A stretch of DNA of 64,000 bases, taken from positions 77,252,001 to 77,316,000 of the forward strand of contig NC_042997.1 in assembly GCF_006345805.1 (NCBI RefSeq), in the 5' to 3' direction. Source of the DNA: Octopus sinensis (lineage: Eukaryota). The notes under the pieces are model-generated. The model was given only the letters and a program-made list of their open reading frames with translations. It was not told the DNA's origin and ran no database searches. The position numbers and the translations under genes are program-made. Positions 51,901 to 60,080 of the stretch are shown in pieces; position 1 is the first letter of the stretch, and the number at the start of each line of letters is the position of its first letter.

Positions 51901-53390
51901 ATAAGTAGCATATGGGAACCGGTATTAAGGAAGGATAGGAAAATATTAGATTTATAAACCCTAAAATTTATTCCATAATTGCCGCCGCCAACAACAACAA
52001 CCTTAGGAATGAGAACCCAGGTCCAAAATTTCCCCAAGACACCTGATGAAGGCTGGAGGGTATATCTACTGAAACGTGTTAACAACAAGATGAGGACAAA
52101 TATCCGTAAATGTAAATAATGTTCGTAATTCCTCATCTCTTAAATATAGAACTGAAGTAACTTTTGTTTAGCTTATCAAGTTTGGAATATTGGACTTGAC
52201 TACATTTTAAGTGAGAGCAGTTTTTTTTTTTCTTCAAATTGATAAGGAAGGATACATTGTGTGACTTATAAGTTTTTCTAGACTGATAATTGAATGCGGT
52301 ATGGATGGCTAAGATCTATAACATTAGGAAGGCTACTCAGACTTATGGTAGAGTGTAGTAAGGTTGGGAGTATTGGAAATGTTAATGTTTTTTTTTGTTT
52401 TTTGTTTTTTTTTTTAGTTAACAGAAGAAAAGGGAAGATATTCCAGAGAGAAGTAAATCTGGAGAGGCAGAAATAGGGAAATTGTGACACATGATTGTTA
52501 AAATGCAGTAGGGTTAACTCTACTGCATTAGTTATATATATATATATTGACAGAGCGGCTAACTGGCTTCCATGCCAGTGGCACATAAAAGGCACCATTC
52601 GAGTGTGATCTGGGTTCTAAGAGCACCATCCGAGCATGATCGGTGCCAGAGCTGCTAACTGGCTTCCATGCCAGTGGCATGTAGGAGGCACCATTCGAGT
52701 GGGATTGTTACCAGCATCGCCTTACTGGCACCTGTGCCGTTGGCATGTGTAAAAAGATTCGAGCGAGGCCATTACCAGTACCGCCTGGCTGGCTCCCATG
52801 CCGGTGGCACGTAAAAGCACCCACTACACTCTCAGAGTGGTTGGCGTTAGGAAGGGCATCCAGCTGCAAAAACTCTGCCAGATCAAGACTGGAGTCTGGT
52901 GCAGCCATCTGGTTCGCCAGCCCTCAGTCAAACTGTCCAACCCATGCTAGCATGGAAAGCGGACATTAAACGATGATGATGATATTAGTTATAGAACTAA
53001 AAGATATGGCAGTATAAAAGTCAGAAAGAAGATATGGGGTGCACAGGACCAATAGTTAGTGCATGTTTGAATATAGATTAATAATGTGTAGATTTCATGC
53101 ATATTTCAGTATAGGTTAACAATATGGTTGTTGGTTGATAATATGTTTGTTACACACTAAAATGTGGATAGATTTATAAAATATAAAGCATACCCTTTAA
53201 CATAGTATCATGTGTTGATAAATGTGGTGGTGTACCATAGGAACTCTATACTATAGTTTAATGGGCAGACTCACAGAGGTGAAAGACTTCATATCTGTGA
53301 TGCACAGGTGTTATTAACTACCCTACATTTAGAACCTAAGTTCCACATAATATATAATATAATAGTAAGAAATGTGTATATAGGCATATA

Positions 53391-53477
<87 letters not shown>

Positions 53478-53859
53478 AACCTTATCTTAGTTAAAATATG
53501 TTTGTGACATATCTCAACTACTAAAGGCAATTTCACTGCATTTACCATGGAGAAGAAATTATTTCTTATGGTAAAAAGGTGTAAAAACACCATACCTGTC
53601 CAGTGCTTTGTCCATCGAAATTCTCTCCCTACTTACTCTAAAGTGAGAAAAATAATGATAATCAAGTAGGTCTTGGAGTGAGTAGAGAGTCACAAATCAC
53701 TGAAAAAGTTGCAAACAGCAATGAAAGAACTTTGACAGACAAACAAACAACCAAGTAGTTAGTTGGTTAGATATTTAACCAATTGGCTAATAATAATAAA
53801 GAAATGGAATTGAACCTGTGCATGTATTATTATTATTGGCATAACAACTCTCCCAACGC

Positions 53860-53894
<35 letters not shown>

Positions 53895-56800
53895 CTTACG
53901 AGTATGAATTAAAATATCTAGTAACATTATGTTTCAGCAGTTGACTGACAGAATCATCAGAATGGCAAGTTTTCAGTTCAAATGTCACTGAAGTTAACTT
54001 TGTCTATTAGCCATTTTGGTGAAATAAAGAACCAATTAAGTACTAGAGTTGATTTAGTCAACAGTAGAGCCTACATTCCCCTCAAACTGTGAGGTGCCAA
54101 GAACAGGCGAAGTGATATATAGCTTGGAAAGGAATGAAGGGTGCTTGTTCTGATGATTGTATATTGTGAGTGTGCATAAATAGCAGAGCACAAATTAGTT
54201 GAGAAAACGATTAGGTTGTAAAGAAATCTGAAGAATGATTATACTGACAAGGACATATGATGTATGTGGAGAATGACAATTGTGTAAAAAAAATGTTAAG
54301 CAAGTGAAAAAAACCATGTTGAAGAGTAGGTAATAAAAGTTGATCTGTGTCATCAGAATATAGTAAAGATGATGACAAAAAACTCTGCAGAAATGGTAAA
54401 ATGCTGCTCCAAAGATGACCTGTCCAATCCATGCAAGCCTGGAACAAGAGACAGAGAAGATGGGAGCATGGTGGTGGTGGTGGTGGCAGTGGCAGCGGTG
54501 GCGGCAGATTACATAAATTTCATATAAAGTATATACTTCATTTAATTGGCTTGACCACTAAAGTGAAATGTTCTTGGGACTTATAAGTTATATTGAATAT
54601 TGTCCGGAAATCTTTCATCACACATCTGTGACCTCTTCAGCAAGCCTTTTCATCTTCATGTGTGCTCTTGCTCCACTTACTCCATACTGTTGAATAGTCT
54701 CCCTTTAATAGATTTTTACAATGACATAATGAATTTACATGTGAAATTTGACTGATGACTGCCATCTGTGGTTGTTTTTAGTTTAAGAGGCAGAGAGAAG
54801 CAAGGTTTTCTAAAAAATAAAACTGGGGTGAGAAATTTCCCTCTAGGGAGAGAATCACTGAGAGTTTTTTTGTTTTTGTATATTTATTTTATGTTTTTAT
54901 ATAATTCATTCCTATTTGCTTTTCTTTCTTTTTCTTTTGCAAGTAGATGCAGATTTAGATTTATTTCATTCTAAAATTGGAACTTCTCAATGCACTGCAA
55001 CTTGAGATAAAACTACATGGTCCTTTAAAACATTTAGGAACTGTATAAACGATCAACTTTACTTTTCTTTTTTTTTTTTCCTTTCTTTTTTAAAAATGGT
55101 ACAGAGATGTGAGAGAAAGAGGGCATTAAAAACCCCTGAGTCAATGACAATTGAGATTGCCATTAACATTATATATAGTATAATTGATATTTTCTATTTT
55201 CATAACAAAACTACTTTATACACCTGCAAGAAATATATGGAATAGAAATGAATGCTGAAAAGCAAAATAATACTAATCTATTGAAAAATAATGATAACCA
55301 GTACAAACAAGCAGAAAATAAGCAATCCAATTAAAAAAATCAAACAAGTTGATGACCTAAAATATTTGAAAGAAGTATACTAAATCACAACAACCTCTGT
55401 GAACTTCACTATATTAGACCTTCTTGGATAATATATAAAATTACTATAGCAATAATTATTCTTGTTCTTTTTTTAAGAACAATAGTAATTTCTTTGAACT
55501 CTAGGTGCTGGAAAATAAGAAAAAGATTATGGCTTTTAAAATGAAATGTTTTAGAAAGATGTTTCTCATTAAATAGAAATTATTGGAAAGATTACAAACC
55601 ATGAAATGTTCCTGTCAATTATTAAAATGCAGAAAGTGACATATTACAGCTACCAGTGATATGTGAACATACTACCAGTATGAGGTATTGGAAGACTGCA
55701 CAGAGGTGGTTGAGCAACATCAAAGCAAACAGAGCAGGGAGGATGGTGGAAAATATGTAGTTAACTGATGACAGAAAGATGGAGGGTGGAGGTTGTCTCT
55801 CTTGCTGTACACCTATGCCTTCCTCAGACTATGAATGGATTGGCTTTATAGATTTATATTATTGTCTCATAGCAAAATGTTTTTTGGAACACAACCACTG
55901 ATCTGTGAGGGGGTAGGGTATATTGTTGATTAAAATGATTTCAGAATGTCTGATACTTTCTGTTTAAAACCTCACCAAGAATTAAAATTACGATGGATGA
56001 CACAACACTAAATGCACAACTGTGGTGTATGCGGGAGATTTGAAATAAGTACACCTACCTTCTCTTCGTCGATGCAGACTTCTCCAGCAATAATGCACCC
56101 TTCCACGTGGCCCGACCTGAATGCTAGAAATAGCAACTGCTATTCCCCTACCTTGACAAAGTGCTCACACATCCAGCTCTGTCCGCTACCCCGATTGAAA
56201 AGGCCCAATGCTCCCTTGCCTGTGCGCGTGTCACTCCTGTCCCTTCCTCTTCCGGTCAGCCCCAAGTTCCGGTCAGTTCCCCAGCTGCTGACATCATCCC
56301 ACAACAACATCACTTCAGTCTCATTCTCTACTTTTCTGCTAATATCCTGATAAGAATTATATAAAACTACTTTGTAGTCAATGTAGATGTTTACAATATA
56401 TTTATCTGGACACTATTGTTTCTCAAATATTTTCTTGTATTTTTACTCAATTCTACATATATTTCTGATTTTTATATTTACAGTGCTCAAGGTTTACGTC
56501 CTGGGATGTATGGAACCTTACTAGCTGGTTTTGAGTGCTCTCAAGGAAGATATCCACTTTCATTAGCATTTCTAGACTTTATTTCTAGCACATTAATGGT
56601 AAATTTCCATTATTATTATCAAAATGTTTTGTTCATTAATGATTGTAAGCATTATATGTATGATTTATATATAATTATTTAGCATCATTGCAGCAGCAAA
56701 ATATTCTTCAGAGTTTGACATGTATCTTCTTGTTTATTAAAAACTATAACATTGTTTGATCTAATAGGAAGGTGGTACCCAGTACATTCTGCTGTTAGAA

Positions 56801-59800
56801 AGGGCATCCATCTGCAAAAAGCAAGCTGAAATGTAGCATAGAAGTAAGATGTGGCCCTCTATCTTATCTAGGAGGGTAGTAACTCTGAATAAGAATTGAC
56901 TCAGGCCATAACAATCCATCCATAACATTCCAGCATAGAAAGCAAATATAAAATGACACTGATGGGAACAATGATGATGGCTTCTTTATTGGTTTCAGTT
57001 GCTGGATTGTAGCCATGCTGGGGCACCACCTTCTATAATGTCCTTGATTACATTTGGCCCAGTACTGTTTTAATAATTATTGATAATTAAATTATCAACC
57101 AATGAAGTGTAAAAAACAAAGTGGCTTGAGTGGAATTTGAAGTTGTAAAGGTAAATAACCAAATATGCCAAATGATTTTGTCTCATGCTCTACCAATTCT
57201 GCCAGCCACCTTAACTAGATTGAATTCTTGTTTCAGAAATGTTATCCTCATTCACCTTACACATGAATAAATTTGTATAAGATGTTACACATTTCTTTTG
57301 TTTGGTTGTAGAGAGCTTGTTACATTTTAGTATCACAAATTAAACAAAATCCATATATTCATATTAATATATTCTGTTGAGAGCTTTTAAAATAAAGACT
57401 AAAATGAAGCTAAATTCACTTCCATCAATTTCTTTTTCCAGGAACTGAGTCAGCTCCCTGTTGACAATGAAATGTCAGCAACAGTACTATTCATCCTGAC
57501 AGAAGTATTCCCATCATTCTATAAATGGAGATATTATAATGCCACCAGAAGAGAAGCTATAGGTAATTAGAGCTGAAATAACTGAAATCAATATTTTTAA
57601 TTTAAAAAGAATCCCTTCTTTTCATAAAGTTTAGTGTAAAAGTTATTCTTCATAACAAAATAGTTCTGGACTTTTGATGCTAGTTTACTTATACAGGTGA
57701 GAAGTGAGGAATATTTTAGTAACACTTGCAAAATACATAAAAATAAATTGCTAAATTGTAGAAACGAAAAGAAAATCAAAAGCCTTTACTTTATTTGATA
57801 CAAATTTTTAGCACATAAGATGATTATTGTTTTCTGTATTTGCATTATGTATTAATCCACAGAGAAAATGGTAAATTCTGTGAATGTATAGTTCTTAAGA
57901 GAATATTTGAATTCTTATAATAGATTTTATATCAAAATATAGCTGACATTTTATAAAAAGTTGATTATTTAAATTAGACATGTCTGTCATATTCTGTTAA
58001 AAATATTTTATGTCAACTATGATATTCTATCTTAGGTCACAAATGCCTGGAGATTTTCCACAATATTCTGGATGTTATGGCTAAACCTAAAATTGATCAA
58101 GCAAAAAAATTGTAAGATAAAGCTTAATTTTATTGATTTGAAAACTTTTCACTGTGTGTATGTGTGTGTTTGTGCACGCATGTTTTCTCTCTTTACATTT
58201 TTACTCTTCTCTTAATAAGTAACCAAGTCATTGTATTATTTTGATAAATTGATTACAAGAAACCGTTAGACAGTGGAAGTGCTTTTTCTGTTTTCAGACC
58301 CAGTCTACAAGAAATGTGCGTGCATAATTTATTGTATACTGAAGCAGGTCAGTCTCTCTTGAAAGTCATATCTATAGGTCTTGATGCATTCAATGACAGT
58401 TCTTGTGAGCAGAAATGGTAAGCTATTTTGCAAAATTTATAATCAATTTATAATCAATCTTCAACCAGTATAACTATATACTTATTAGCAATGCTTATGT
58501 AACTAGAATAGATTATAACCTTGCCCAAATTCACTTTTTTTCCTTGTATTTTCAGGTCTACTGAAAGCAAAGGTAATGACTTGATAGACTTAATTCAGAT
58601 GTCTTTCTCAGTGCTGAATAGGTTATTATTACTAAAACCTCCTGATCTACCTTTGTCTCCAGTGGAGCGAGCACTGTCATTACCAGCTGCCAGACAACAA
58701 GAGCAGCATATAGTGCTCACGGTTGCACAGTATATATTCCATCAACATTCACCTAAACTACCAACAATGGCTATCCTCTTGCTCAAACGACTTGCTGTGG
58801 TCAGTTTCTTTATACTATCAAAACTTTTATGATTCAAGTTTTGTTTATTTTTGATGTAACTACATATCTGAATTACATGTTTGATGTATTTAGGAAAAAT
58901 AAAGTATAATATCCTAAAAGTGGGAAGGGTCTTTGGTTGTGAAGCCACAGGCTAGAAATATTATGTCAGTATTAAAATTTGTGAAACCTATTAACCTATA
59001 TTAGCATTATAAATTCAATGAAGAACATTAAAAATAAAATGTGCAAACTTGAACAATTGTACAAACTCTTTTTCCTAAGCTTAGTAGTGAAGTTATCTCA
59101 AATAAATTACTTACATATGGTGAGGTAAAACATACAGATGTTCAGTCAGAATGTTAAAGGCCAATATTTTCACTTCCTTCACATACTAAATATTTTACCA
59201 TCAACAATTTCCAAGGAATTTTAGATTTAAAAAAAAAACTGGGATTAGGAAGAGTTATAAATTCTTTCTCTGAAGATATAAATTGCCATTAAAGGTTGTT
59301 TTTGTAGTAAACTTGTAAAAGATTAATGAATATTAGAGTTAGCACTATGAATGGCAGAATTACTAGTCACTGACATATAATTGTCTGCTTTTTTCAATAT
59401 CAGGGTTCATTTCCTACCTTAAATAGTTTATAAATTCTGCAACTATGACATAAGAGACATTTCCTTGAGGTGGGGTTGAGGTTTGTAATTTAAGAATTTC
59501 ATACTTAATGTGCTTTTTGATTAATTGGAATTTTTATGCTCAAATTAAATGCAGTTTTTTGCATCAGAATAGCTGTCTTTTATGGTTTGAATCATTAATT
59601 TTAATTGAAATGCTATTATATTTCATAACAGGTCTCTCCAATGTCTATTCTTGCTATTTTGGGAAATGATGCAGAACCCATCAGAAATAAAATGTTATCT
59701 CGGCTTGCTGCTTTAACTGAGGTTGGTTCTTTTTGTCTAAACCCATTTTCATGTTTGTAAAATGTCAGAAATAATTGTAATATCTAATGTTAGTAAGGTT

Positions 59801-60009
59801 ACACAACAGTAACCTTAGTAACCTTGGATATTACAAGAGTGGGAAAAAGCTGCCAAGTGAACACCATAAACTTATGGTAGCCATTCCACTTCGTTAGCAT
59901 TTTATTTTATCAACCCCCAAAACTCATATTGCTTTATCAGGTGATATATATATTTTTCATATTATTCATCAAATGTAGTTGTCTGTGTGTGTGTATATCT
60001 ATCTATTTA

Positions 60010-60080
<71 letters not shown>

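Larger units (their letters stand above)
51169..52153 (+). mobile_element. Penelope-like element: inverted pLTR, GIY-YIG, 3' pLTR; 12-bp TSD
   Basis: TSD GAAGTAACTTTT at 51157-51168 and 52154-52165; CVYSIPCSC..ETCHPLKIR..KSGIADH..PLWGE.KIIDREHHW..KLKEAAH; pLTRs ~51169-51387 (-) and ~51945-52153 (+). Confidence 0.93.

Noticed and set aside
51770-51929. CRISPR-like 32-bp repeats
   Set aside because: Head-to-tail with no spacers, eukaryotic context, derived from Penelope coding sequence.
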